Part shown: piece after piece, positions 45,561 through 57,756 of the stretch | Numbering within the stretch: the stretch's first letter is position 1 | Layout of the letters: every line of letters begins with the position of its first letter | Assembly: GCA_000091205.1 (NCBI GenBank) | Contig: AP006488.2 | DNA from: Cyanidioschyzon merolae | Lineage: Eukaryota | Length of the DNA stretch: 64,000 bases | Reading direction: 5' to 3' (one strand) | Translations under genes and position numbers: made by a program | Notes under the pieces: generated by a model | The model's input: only the letters and a program-made list of their open reading frames with translations | Told to the model about the DNA's origin: nothing | Database searches by the model: none

Positions 45561-48500
45561 TCAACCAGAAGGTGCAGTTGCCAATGATCAGCGGACGATT
45601 GCGCTCCGGACAGTGGCACAATCGACACCTGCACCACGTGGCCAAGTATCCGCATGTCGAAGGTGCGATTCCCAATACGTCTGCCTATGGACACTTCACC
45701 CATACTGGTCTGTGCGAACTCGAGCCCTGAGAGACCCGCACTCTGCCTATCTACATGGTCGCAACAATCGCCAAGAATAGGCTAGCGCCGCTCGTTCCAC
45801 TCAGAGCAGTGAATCCCGGAACATCTGTACCAGCAGGCGGTTTTTTGTCTAACAAAGAGAGTCTCTATGAAGGTTGGAGAATGGTCGCGGAAAGACTTTG
45901 TGTGCGCACTGCTAGCTTTGGAGAAATGGCCTCACTTGTGCAAATCAGCTATTCGTCGGTCAGCTAGTGAGTGATCCATCCCTCTGCTCGTTCATATCCC
46001 GAATGCAGTACACCAAAAACTGAACTTGCCAAACTCTAGGCCAACGACTCTTCCCTCGACAATCTATTCCAGTCCAAATGCTCGCACCGTAATGCCACCA
46101 AAGATGCAATTCCATGTAAACTTTCGGTAACGTTTCCTCGAGCGGAGCTGAAGAGACGCGGATGGATCAAGAAACAGGCACGCCTCAACAGGAGACCGCA
46201 CCATTTCGAACAATACACAACAGATTCTGTATAGAAATGCGAATACTTTTCGTGGAAGCGACGGGCGTTCATCTCGCATGATGACAAATTCATCGATGAC
46301 CAATGCGAGACTTGTATAGACGTTGCCGTAGAGGGGCAAGCCGCTGTTTGTGAAGAAGAGTCAAGCGAGCATTCCGACAACGTCAGTTCTCGCGACGATT
46401 CAATACTGTGGTCGCCCATGAATCGCAACACAGAAAGCAGCGCTCAGCACCTGATCCTCCGTTGAAACACGCCTCGAGTTCCATCTTTTCGTGTCCTTCT
46501 CCTGGGCAATATCTCTCAGTCCATCACTGATGTCGGTCGGGGGGCGGGGGCGCGGTTTGTAGCTGCTCTTCGTGCTAGCACACGCTCGCGGGTTCCATCC
46601 GCTTAAAGACGTCGTATAGGATTTCAAACGCCATTTTGATCTACCGGAAGAACAGACGAGTCGTACGTAACCGTGTTACAGAAGTTCTTCGACAAATCAC
46701 TCTTTGTGTTCACCAGAACCGAATCCATGCATTGATTCTCCGCTCATTGGCAGCTGAGAAGGGAAAGGTGCGCTCCGGTCTGGGAGCGGGCATGCGATGG
46801 CTAAGGCGACGAAAAAGCACTTGAGAAACAGTGCGTACATTCAAAGAGAAGACGAGTTTCAGGCACGTCGAGCGATCAGTGCGTCTGAGTGCCAAGAAAG
46901 AAAACGTATACAGCGTATCATGAAAAAATCCACGCTACCTAGCCGAGTAAGCGAAAAGGCAAAGATGTCGAAGCCGAAAGAGATGCAACCACACGTCAAA
47001 GCAGAGAAATAGCTTCCCTAAAAGATGACGAGTTCCGACGGGAACGGAGCACCTTCCGATCGGAAAGATCATTGTTGGACCGCTGTCAACGCCTCACCAA
47101 TAAATCATATCCATTGGGAGAATCCTTGAAGGCGTCAGGCACACGACGCCATTAGAGATCGCGTAGCTTCTTACGCGCACAAGTCTTGCCTATTTCGTCT
47201 TGTCTTGGTGCACCGCGCCACGCGACGCTTCGGTGGAGTTCCAGACACGGGCGGCAAGCTCTCGGCATTTCTCTGGATTTTTTTCGGATCAGACCTTCGT
47301 GCGAGAACACCACTTATGCTCCGGATAGAAGGCGCAACACGGCCTGTTCATAGGATTCCGGATGTACTCGCACGCTTCCCAGAATACCTTGACACATTAC
47401 CGCGCCACCTCGGCGATCTGAGGATCGACAACGCAGATGCCAGAAAGTACGGAACTACATTCAACATACCAAATTAGGTTCAGTGTCGAGCGCTTCACGA
47501 AACACCTCCCATGCGCATTGTATCCTCACGTCACATACGCGATAAAATACGGATGGATGGACGGGATGCTTAGCGGGTCGATGGAGGAAAATGACGAGCG
47601 ATTGGCGGCAAGAGATCGAGGTGGTAGCGAGTTCGGAACTGATGTGCCAGCGATAGGGAGTATCGCTTCAGGTAATCCAAGCTCGTCGTGTTGCCGTCAG
47701 CCTCGGGTCGGCGGATTTCGTACCGAAAAGGATCGTTGAGACGCAACGCCTACCTTGCTTGCATCTACGGTTCCATGTTTCGCTGAGCAGATCTTCCCAG
47801 AGCAGACCAGAGCAGATTCCATCAGACCGTCGCCTCGAATCCAAGCGCCGTAGCCTCCGAAATCGCCAAGTGGATGTGCTCCCAGCACCTCAGATGGAAG
47901 CCCAGTCGATCACCCGAGACGCTTCTGCTCTGTACTGTATCGCATCTTCAGTGAGCTACAGCTGGTCTGTCTGCGCGCAGCTATTCCGCATTCCACTATA
48001 GAGGCTAAGAGCATTGCAGAGCTCGTTCAAGGCTCCTCGTGTACGGAGAAGGAATGGAACGAATTCTACAGTGCCGATGGAGCTCGCTGGAATACAAATC
48101 CGCATGTACTTGTGAGATCGAGGCCCAAGTCAAGCGATGCGACTCGGTCTCAGCCAAAGAAGACATATCAAGAGAGAAACATCATGGTGGGCCCGGATCC
48201 CCAGGTCTGAGAATATCATGACGGTTGTCGTACCTCTGAATCGAGAGAACGTATCGAGGGATATGCAGGGAATGCAAACGAAGCTACTCAGCTTTTCCCG
48301 GGCTCGATTTCACCCAGGAATGGGCATGATGAATGCGAGAAGGCACACGAAAACTGGAAAGACGGCGTCAGGGACCAGACCCCGGTGCTCTGAGCACACT
48401 GTCCTGCAGACGAGGATGCTTTGTGTGCTGCATTCAGAGAGAACACGAGCGTCCAAATGGCGTATGTCGACGATCTCTGGCAGAAATACCTGCGGACGCA

Positions 48501-50076
48501 CGGGAATGGCCAACGATTTTCGGCGTACAGGGGCAGGACGCGAGTATTCAGCGACTTGTTTCATGAACAGGAAAAGAAATACGACGGATCGTTCGTCTCG
48601 TTGGGTGACGGTACCCTATGGCGCAAGACGTGCTGTGGCGCTCGTGGGCTGCACGCCTGCTCCTCTGACGAGAACGTAGAACGAGTGCAGGAAACGATTC
48701 TGTACGACGCCTGTCGATGAGTTACGGCCAACAGAGAAACGTCACGAGCACGAGTGCCCGTTGAAACAGCCAGAAACGAAGCGCTTGAAACAGAGCACGA
48801 TGGACGAGATGGGGTACGGCATGCCGAGCGGACGTCTGCTTACGAGGCAGTCAGATGCATGAGGCTCGCAATGTTGCGATACAGTCGCCAACAAGGTATG
48901 CAAGCGCTTTCTGTGCCAAGACTTGGACGCCTCAATCAACACCCGAAAAAGTCGAGTGCTTTCGGAGCGTCCTGCGGCTCTGTGTCAAGCGAAAATTCCT
49001 GGTAATCGTTTCGTATTCTTTGTCGGCATTGCGCTGAAATGCTGAAGACTCCGGATTGAAAAAACTCAGTGGCCAGGAGAGATGGCATTAGATTCTCGCC
49101 CGGAGCGAGGCACTGTTGTGGTCGAGCGCATCCATCGAGCGAGGTAGCAGCGTCGTATGTGTATACTGCGAACGTTTTACCTCGGCAGTGATGTCATGAT
49201 CATGGTGTTCCATTATTCGGCGTTACCAAGCATATGCGTCTCTTTACAGAGTCGTGAAATCCAATCCCTTGATCCTACTCCCAGCGGGACTTGCATGCCT
49301 AGTGGTCGGTTCGAAAACAGTCTCCCATGTCTCTTTGCGATCATGTCACAAGGATGAACCAATCTATGTGCAGGCGTTCATTCCGAAAGCAACAGTGTCG
49401 GTCCTTAGACGAATTTTCGAATCCGGTCGCCTCGTCCGATACAGCGCTGCGTATGCGCGACGATATTGATATCAGTGTTTGCATAAGAAAATCATATCAT
49501 TTCCACCACTTCCGGTTCAGGTATAAAACGTCGGTATGAGGAATCTGGTGCCCATCATCGCAAATGGTCGCGTAACGAGTTCCCGCCGACGACCTGAGGC
49601 ACAGTGCACGGGCCATGCTCCATCGGTGTCGCGTATTGCACCAGTTACGAGCACGAGAAAGCACTATCCTTCCATGACATGGTGGCAGTGCGCATGTGCC
49701 CGGGTCTGTTCTGACGCTTTCAGGGTCGCAACAGGAACGCAAGGCCCCGTCCCGTAATCCACCGACCGCAAAGCTGCCTTTGTTCCATAGTGGGAGCCTT
49801 ACAGGATCCAGTGCGTCCTGTCCGTGCCTCGGGGATATCTTGGAGCCGGACGGATCGGCCGTACCCGCAAGCGTCACAAAGCCAGCACGGAAACTGTACG
49901 AGGAATCCCATAGATTCTGCACCAGACCCGACACACTGGCATGAATCCGCTGACAGCATCAGTGTTCCCGAACAGCACAACAACGATCCGTTGGGTATTG
50001 TGTACCTCGACTGCACGGTTCACCTTGCAGCGAGCTCGCGCGTTTGTACCGAGTGTCTATCCGCTCGTCCCGCATC

Positions 50077-51864
50077 TCAATTGTTTGCCGAGTTCTCCGA
50101 AACTGCGTGCACCTCGGGGCGTACAAAGGGATACGCAAAATCGGGAAAGAACCATCCACGGCGTGCGTCCTCCTTGAACGGCCTTATAGGCACTGGCAGA
50201 CTTTGAACCGCCTCGCGCATCTCCCGCAACAGTTCGGAGACATCAGGACCTTCAAAGATGATTTCCGCGACCCAGTCCGGCATCCCATCCTCGGGGCCGG
50301 TGACCTTGGCACCGGCCTTCGCAAGGTAACGTTTCAAACGGCAGTGCGCGTACTTGTCAAGACCCTCGAGCCAATCGCTACGCTCCACAATACCTGAATA
50401 CGGAGCGTTAACGGCTGCCTGTGCGAAGCAGACGAGGGGCTCTGGCGGCATCCGCGGACGGATGGGAATTCCGAGCGCAGTCATGATGTGTTCTTCGACG
50501 AGATCAACGCCCCAGGTGCGCAAGTTTGCGTCACGAACGCACATACCTCCCATGCGGGCGTTGACTTCTATCAAACGCGGTCCTCTGGAGGTGTACTTCA
50601 CTTCAACGTGGAAGGCCCCATCTGTGAACCCCAGCGCTCGGAGTGTCTGCGATGCGAACGCTTTCAGCTCCGCCTGTTTTTCCTCCGGGTACAGCGAGGG
50701 AATGTTCATGCCAGTCTCCTGGAACCAAGGCTCCCAGCACGCCCAATTATCGGACAGGGAGGCGTAGACAACCTCACCCTTCGACATGAGCGCATCGACA
50801 TCGAATTCATCGCCATCGTAGAACTCTTCGAGCAGCAGATCCGTGCCCTGAGTCCAGATTGTATCAAGATGAACATCCATTGTCGCACGGATCGCCCGAA
50901 ATGTGTCGACCAGCTCATCTTGACTCGACACTTTATGCACGCCCATGGAGGCTGCGCCAAACGCAGGTTTCAGGATTGCCGGGAAGCCCACATGCTGACC
51001 CGCAGGCTCCAGATCCACCACATCGGTGATGCGGTAGCATTTGGGCGTCGCCAAACCATGTTGTCGCATGATTTCCCTGGTGACATACTTGTTCCGAGCT
51101 GCTTGGCAGGCGGCGCTCGGGTTTCCAGGCAAGTTCAGAGCTTCTGCCAAACGGGCAACCACGGCAACTGCGTCCTCATAAAATGTGGCCACAGCGTCAA
51201 ACGTTATTCCGGAATCAAGAATAGCATCGACTGCACGCTCAAAAAGGGTGTTGTAGTCTGTAAAATCCAATTCAATGTAGGACTCGATGACGTCCTCGTC
51301 GACGAGGCATTTCGCCCAGCTGTCAGGGCCATCCAGAATGCTAACTTTGACCCCAAGTTCCTTCAAATGTTCAAAGATAAATCGCTTACCACTGTATCCG
51401 GCCTGGAAAATGAGAACCTGTGCACCTCTGAGCAGCTTCCGCCGAATAGCCTGAGCTTCGGGTGTATCTCGCTCTAGGAGCTGCGGTTTGACGTGCGGAA
51501 AGTTACTGAATACTGGCGAGAAGTCCATCGGACTCGCCCCACTTCTGCCGAACTTCAGTCGACTGAGAAGAGAGGGAGAAAATGACTCGCCACTGCCCCG
51601 TGCGAGCACTGCTTTTGGCACCAGAAAGTTTGCCGATTGGAGTGAGCGTGCGAGCTCCTGGCCCTGGTCCTGCTGGCGGCCGCTGCGCGCACTCCCTGGT
51701 GCGTCCAAGCTGCCGCTGATCATAACCTCTAGCTCTGCGACGCCAGGTACCCGCTCGATCGCTGTCGACGGCAGCTTCCGCTTATTGAGCAAAAAGTCGA
51801 CACTGTCACCGGCACTGCCTACCGGCTCGCGATACTGCGCGAGAGACTCGGTGAAGGAGCTCAT
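50077..51864 (-). CDS. ATP-grasp domain amino-acid ligase (carnosine-synthase/CARNS1-like architecture)
   Basis: 595 aa from the first ATG (the track start is GTG). ATP-grasp blocks are FPAILKPAFGAASMGVHKVSS, LLLEEFYDGDEFDVDALMSKGEVVY and FHVEVKYTSRGPRLIEVNARMGGMCV. A pre-ATP-grasp N-domain of about 200 aa precedes them. The CARNS1 resemblance is from memory of the fold and order, not a database hit. Confidence 0.7.
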   Translation of the reverse strand: MSSFTESLAQYREPVGSAGDSVDFLLNKRKLPSTAIERVPGVAELEVMISGSLDAPGSARSGRQQDQGQELARSLQSANFLVPKAVLARGSGESFSPSLLSRLKFGRSGASPMDFSPVFSNFPHVKPQLLERDTPEAQAIRRKLLRGAQVLIFQAGYSGKRFIFEHLKELGVKVSILDGPDSWAKCLVDEDVIESYIELDFTDYNTLFERAVDAILDSGITFDAVATFYEDAVAVVARLAEALNLPGNPSAACQAARNKYVTREIMRQHGLATPKCYRITDVVDLEPAGQHVGFPAILKPAFGAASMGVHKVSSQDELVDTFRAIRATMDVHLDTIWTQGTDLLLEEFYDGDEFDVDALMSKGEVVYASLSDNWACWEPWFQETGMNIPSLYPEEKQAELKAFASQTLRALGFTDGAFHVEVKYTSRGPRLIEVNARMGGMCVRDANLRTWGVDLVEEHIMTALGIPIRPRMPPEPLVCFAQAAVNAPYSGIVERSDWLEGLDKYAHCRLKRYLAKAGAKVTGPEDGMPDWVAEIIFEGPDVSELLREMREAVQSLPVPIRPFKEDARRGWFFPDFAYPFVRPEVHAVSENSANN

Positions 51865-54377
51865 GAGCACGACTGTCACAATGTACTACTTTGAAGTGCT
51901 CCCCAATCCAGCCACTTTAGCCGTGCTATGTGCACTCCCAGGATCCGGGATCGTCTAAAGTGGACCGAATGCCCCTTGACGAAATATCCTGCACCCAAAA
52001 CTCTGCTCTGCGGTGCTGCGCAAATGTCAGCCGCAGAGGCTACGAGCAGGAAACTCGCTCCATCATCGCCGCCGCTGGTACGCAGGATCGACTCAGATTC
52101 GTCGATCAGTTCAACGGTTGCTTTCTGATCGCGGCGGCGGCGGGCGCACGAGCGGTCTACGTGCAACGCTGCGATCAGCGAGATGTGACGATGCGGTGCT
52201 GCAGCGCGTCACATCTGCTGCAGCATGCGCATCACCGGAGGACGCTGGCCTACGGAAACGTTTTGTCCATGAAAAAGATCTGCTGCTGCATCGGATTGCA
52301 GCAGCTATTGTCTTTCACCAGGATTCTGTTCCACATCCAGTAGCGTGGCATCAAATGCTTTTCCGCGGTTCATAGCAGATATGTTCGAAGTGTGTTTATT
52401 TGGAGAAACAAAAGATCCATGGCACAGGAATAGACGTGGATGTCGGGCATCCTGGAGCGCTGTCATCGATGATCGCCAGAATGAAACGGAAAAACCCTCT
52501 TTTCGCCGACTATGGAGCGAAGGAGAGGAAGAGCAACAAGGGGAGATGCACGAGAAGCGGTGCTTGCACAGCGGGACGGTGACTAAACTGTAGAGGCACA
52601 GAGCGCACGAGTTCAAGGAATCCTTGCATTGGTGCGTTCAACAGTGGCAAAAGACGCATGGAGTTCATCAACCGAGACTGTAACGCCGCTGTGAATATCA
52701 TACAATGAGTGGCGTTGTAGACGAGACCCGAGGAGCTAGCGAAATCTAATTTTATTCGGCAAACTCTCAGGCTCGAGAGGTGCCTTGATAAACTGAAACC
52801 GAAAGCAGGCGGTCGGTCGAAAAAGTTGGGAGACGCCTGCGTATGGGTATTCATTTACCCACCATGGTTGTGGGATATTTTTCGTTCTATCAACGATGTC
52901 TTTCTCGTCGATGGACCATGGGCAAGCGTGTTTAGCTCATCTGGAGGTTCGCGGTTGCACAGGCCCGACCGGAGCCCGAGTTAGGGGGCCTCTTCTCGCT
53001 GGCGGACACGTCTACATAGCACCCGACGAGCAACGTCTAGCGGATGAGAGTCGTTGCCTTTTGGTAGCGCACAGCGAGCGATAAGCAGAGGAAGGTGCCA
53101 GTTTTACGCATGGACCTGAAACGGTGCTCGCGCAATGCTCGGAAAAGCCTCACAGAATATCGGCAAGTGTTCGTTCGTTCATTCAGCGTTTGGAATTGAT
53201 GAGGCTCTGGATACCTGTGTCTCCCAGTGGTTTCCAGAGAGTCGGGGCATGTGTTGTGTTCTTTCCCAGCCGTGTCTTCATCCTCGCGGATTCTGCCGAG
53301 GGGCGCGCTTCACGTCGGAGCGCGGTAGCTTCCGCGCCATCCCGGGCAACACGGAATTCGTTCTGCTGCTGTGGTGCATTCGCCGCTGGAGTGTCGACCT
53401 GTTCGGCACTGTGTTTCTTTCGTGCCGCTCTGTCTCGAAACGCTGTGTCCTGTGCGAGTCGGCAGCCTCCATCGACGGAATGTTGAGGTCGACTCTCGAG
53501 CGACGCTTCACGCACGGTCGTGCACTTGAAAAAACACTTCATTAACGTTCGGCGAAGCATCATGCTCGCATGCAACTCGTGAATAACATTTTGCCAACGA
53601 GAAATATCTCAGCGGTTTGCCGAAAGTATTTCTCATTTCGAAACGCGGTGGAATTGAGTGCTGCAGCCAGCCATATTGAAGCGCTGTAATGGGAACGCGC
53701 TTTCAGAGGCACGTGCACGGGCAAGAGAGCCTCTTCGGTGCTCTACTTCTGGTCGAGCACCAAGAGCACGACACTTGAGCGATGTGACGGCGGACGGATG
53801 ACACCCGTTGCATCCGGCCACGGTAACGCTACTGGATAAAAGTAGTGGCATGATGTAGACAGAATATGGAATTACAGCATACCCACCGCCATAGTGAGAT
53901 GCGGGACGCTTAGTACGGAAAAGTTACGCATGTACTACTTCCTGTGCCACAAGCAGACTTTCTGTCAAGGTACGAAACGCTGCGTACCTACATCTTTCTC
54001 CTGGACGCGGCGAACGAGGTATCTGCAGATGCGAGCGCACGCACTTCCATTGCAGCCAGCACATTATCGTCCATATTTGCGCGATCTATCCAAAATGAAG
54101 GCAATCTTCGCTGTCGCGTGTCTGTACTGAGAGGCAAAGAGCAAAGCCCAATTCCTAGGCGAGCACGCTTCTGGTATTTATGACGGCGACGGCAATCGTT
54201 TTGCAGAGATACCGACTTACGCGGGGGTATATCCGACGCCGCGGGGAATGGTTTAGACGAAATCGCGTGTACAGCAGAAACGTATCGATATCCTGGACCA
54301 CAGGCATTTGGGTGTGACAGCTGCTGCTGCTGCCGAGTCCAAAACGCCGCTATGTTGCAGTGAGGCTCCCAGCCACC

Positions 54378-55793
54378 TCATGAGGTCACAGGCGGCAACC
54401 TGTTTTTCCCGTGGATGAAAAAGCAGTATGGATGACGATACCGATACTCATGCCAGCGATACGGTTCGTTTCCGAGATTGTGAATAAACTCGATCTGGGC
54501 AAAATACTGCAGTCGAAATGATCGATCCCAGAACTCCTCTGTGCTGGCAAAAAGCTGCCGATCAATCGCAACATCAAACGCCGCAGAGCGGTGACGATTC
54601 CAGACTCGCCACAGCCATCGACAGAAATCCAAGTCACCTACTCGATAGAGCGCATTTCCGTTCATCTGCGTTCGATGCGCATCTTGGTGGTACTGCAGTC
54701 GCCAGGAGATGCGTGCATCCAGGTTGGTGCTTCGCAGCGGAGAGCCCAGCATCCACAGACGACGAGCATCCGCGAGCGCTACGATCCGACGAAGCGCATC
54801 ATTGTACTGCGCTTGCACCGCATTGCAGTCTGGTTCGCACCAAAACAAGTATCGTACTCGGGGTAGACTCGTGGACTCATGTGGACCACTAAAGATGCTT
54901 CGCTGCGATGACTGTCGCCCCAGGGACAATCGATGGAAGCGCAGCGCCCTGTGTTCCGTGTTCATCCAGGGCTCTGCGGAGCGTTCAGCCGGCTTGCCGC
55001 CAGCGGCGGCCAGGCTCAGAGCAAACACCAAAGGATAGAACATACTGCCGGTGCCTGCAGAGTCACGTTCGGAAAGCCATGAGCTAGGCCTGTAACGATC
55101 AGCAGTGCTGTCCAGACGCGCCTCGATGAGGTACACACCATGATCCAAACAGGAAGGCCATGTTGGAGCTGTCGCTTTTCGGAGCGCGTCGACGACACGA
55201 AGGTAGAGGTCGCTATCCCAGATTGTGTTGATATAAAACGCCAACACTGTTTGACTCGAAGTGCGCTCTGCAGTCTCTACCGGGCAAGCTAGTGGAAGAT
55301 TCCAGTGAATCCACCGCTCAACTGCCTCGAATTGATGTTTTGCAAACGGCACAACAATCACTTGCCCACGGGCATGCGTCTGCCGCATCGACGACGACCT
55401 ATCCATCGAAGATCGCTTCATGGAATCAGGAATATCCTCGCTTACTCTCCGATGCAGAATGTGTTGAGGCGTTAGAAGAGTCCATGGAAAGCTCTCGTTG
55501 AACCAGGCGTTACCAGGTGCTACCATGAACGCGTTTCGGGGCGTTGCGGCGTTCCATGGACTGCTCCCGTTATACCATGCAGTCGCAGTCGCCGGTCCCT
55601 CGCTGCCGCTAGACTGCAGAACGGCATATGGTGATAGGAGACGCACCATACCCCACTGCTTATCGCGCTGGTCAAGGTTTCGGTTCTCTATACCCGCCAA
55701 GTCGTGCGTGAACAACCCCGCGCGGTGAAAGAAAAGGATTCGCGTCAGCAATATCTTACACAGTTGTAAGAAAACACGCCAGCAGCGCTTCAT
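54378..55793 (-). CDS. Hypothetical protein (471 aa), possibly a secretory-pathway or glycosyltransferase-like protein
   Basis: Uninterrupted ATG-initiated ORF with an N-terminal hydrophobic segment and an internal hydrophobic stretch MFYPLVFALSLAAAGG. It has a Trp/Arg-rich C-terminal region (WMLGSPL...FCRWLWRVWNRH...YRWHEYRYRHPYCFFIHGKN). I recognise no family. Confidence 0.35.
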   Translation of the reverse strand: MKRCWRVFLQLCKILLTRILFFHRAGLFTHDLAGIENRNLDQRDKQWGMVRLLSPYAVLQSSGSEGPATATAWYNGSSPWNAATPRNAFMVAPGNAWFNESFPWTLLTPQHILHRRVSEDIPDSMKRSSMDRSSSMRQTHARGQVIVVPFAKHQFEAVERWIHWNLPLACPVETAERTSSQTVLAFYINTIWDSDLYLRVVDALRKATAPTWPSCLDHGVYLIEARLDSTADRYRPSSWLSERDSAGTGSMFYPLVFALSLAAAGGKPAERSAEPWMNTEHRALRFHRLSLGRQSSQRSIFSGPHESTSLPRVRYLFWCEPDCNAVQAQYNDALRRIVALADARRLWMLGSPLRSTNLDARISWRLQYHQDAHRTQMNGNALYRVGDLDFCRWLWRVWNRHRSAAFDVAIDRQLFASTEEFWDRSFRLQYFAQIEFIHNLGNEPYRWHEYRYRHPYCFFIHGKNRLPPVTS

Positions 55794-56219
55794 CTTTCCG
55801 CGTTAGTGCTGCTGAGTGCGTTTAAGACGGTACAACAGACGAGCTCAAGTCGCTGCCGAACGGCTGGACGTTTCTGACGGGTCACTTATCCATCGCTTCA
55901 AACGTGCTGGAAGACACACTTTATTCAGTTGTCTTTGTCGCGGAGCAACTATTCAGTACCAACGTCAAATTTGTAACTTGTCCTGGAAGCGTTGCCGTTC
56001 AGAGCTTAGAGCGTGCCAGCAACGCGTTTAGTGGAAGAAAGACCCGCGACTGCCGGAAAAGGATGCGAACACCGTGCAGGGCAAGCACCCGTTCCACGAG
56101 GAATCAGCAGATACGCCACCACTTCAACTCAGTTCAACTAGAAACGAGTGAACCTCGAGCCCTTGACACAGTATCCATCATATCGACGAAGCGCTCTTGA
56201 TGGCTCGATGCAATTACAT

Positions 56220-57160
56220 CAGCATAGAACGGAAAAGGTTTTCCGATTCGTACGCACCTACCAAAGTTTAGGTTGTACCCGCGCTCATCAACACCAGAAT
56301 TTGCGGGCTTTTTCTGCGACAGCTTCCTTTGCCGCTCGCTTTTCTCCAGTTTAAAGCAAGGTAGTCGTATCTGCAGCCTAAGGCTCCAGTGTCAGCAGTC
56401 GGAGGATATACCGATGGCGCCAATAACGCCTAGCTTTCGTTGCTTCCCGCAGTTGTGAACGCGTTGCATGTGTAGAAGGTAGCTGCGATCTAGACACTTT
56501 GCTCGCCGCTATCCTATTCGCCTTTCGGTGAAACCTCGGTGCGTTCCGCAAAGCGATTACACGTGCCTGTGGTCGGTGTTGCTCACAAGTCCACAGCATG
56601 TTCTCCATCGAGCGCCGTACCATGGTGCATCGACGCTTGCTTCATTACTCGGTCCGTGCGCTTGACTGGCGAAGAAGGCTCTCTGCGGTGCTTGCCTCCT
56701 TGACAGCGTCCAGCGCGGTACCCGGACGGTCGTGGACTTGTTCTTGGCGATACCTCCCGCGCGTATGCGTTCCAGTGCATGGAAAAGGATACGCGTTTCC
56801 GTCCAATGGATAGCCTGTTGAACGCAATATGAACCCTGCTGAAACCATTACCCAAAGACAAGTCCAGGTAATAGAACGAATCGGGGGAAATTGTCGCGTG
56901 TACGCTCCTGTAGTGCGAAGCGGTTGCGTATTGCCCGCTGTAAGCGAATCGCTGTGGTGACGGAGGCTCAAGACCCTTTACCACACAAATCATTGAACGT
57001 GGAGTCTCTGGGAGCATATCCCATGAGAGGTAGCATGCTGCTGACGAATGCAGTTTCGTTGATAACCGCATATAGAAGAGGAGGAGTCGTTCAAACGGAA
57101 TCGAATCTTCGTGGTGACCATTTCATTCCAATTTTGACATGAAGATATCGAAAAGTCGTC
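56220..57160 (+). repeat. Left copy of a 941-bp near-identical direct repeat flanking the GRP170 gene
   Basis: A base-by-base comparison with 60705..61645 shows about 97-98% identity (scattered substitutions, for example gtacccgcg/gtatccgcg). The embedded ORFs are duplicated with 1-4 aa differences (56273..56458 vs 60758..60943; 56583..57071 vs 61068..61556). The 3' part (56900 onward) belongs to the dispersed repeat family (copy D, to about 57470). Confidence 0.85.
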
Positions 57161-57756
57161 AAGAAGTGACGCCGAGCATTCGTCCTCAAAACAGAGGCGC
57201 GAATCCCTTCGTCCATGAGTTGCCTTGAAATAGAAGGATCGCAAATTAGGTGAATGCGTGTTCTGAGCACACTACTCATAAAGAAAGGAATATAGTGGAT
57301 GCTTGTGCACATGAACAATTCCATCGTGTCTACGTTTTACCAACTGTTGTCTGAGTGCGTCGGGAGCCATTCTGATATCGGTGACGGAACCTATTCCAGA
57401 GACAACGCGTCAAAGAAGCCACTCCGACCACACGATCGAGAGTCCTAAGAACACATTCGAAGCCATAAACCCTTTTGTTGCACCTCAGACGTCCAGGCTG
57501 AACGTCAACCAAAACGAAATCGGGAACAAATACCGAAACACCTGAACACAGGGATCCAATCAACCTTCCTGTTTTGCTCTAACAATGAGAGCGCGTCGAC
57601 TGCGAGCTTCGCAGGCAGCGTCTCCTCGAATGGCGAGGCGTTCATCGCGCCTCTGAACGCAAGCTCTATGCCAGGCGTCCGGGAAGAGCCTCCTTCATAG
57701 GCGTTCTGCCGGACACGCTCCGAAGGTACTCACAGGCAGCACATCATAGGTTTCTG

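Noticed and set aside
49300-49330. tRNA-like GGTTCGAA box (tagtggtcggttcgaaaac)
   Set aside because: No acceptor-stem complementarity and no A box or anticodon-arm structure can be found around it. It is likely a chance match.
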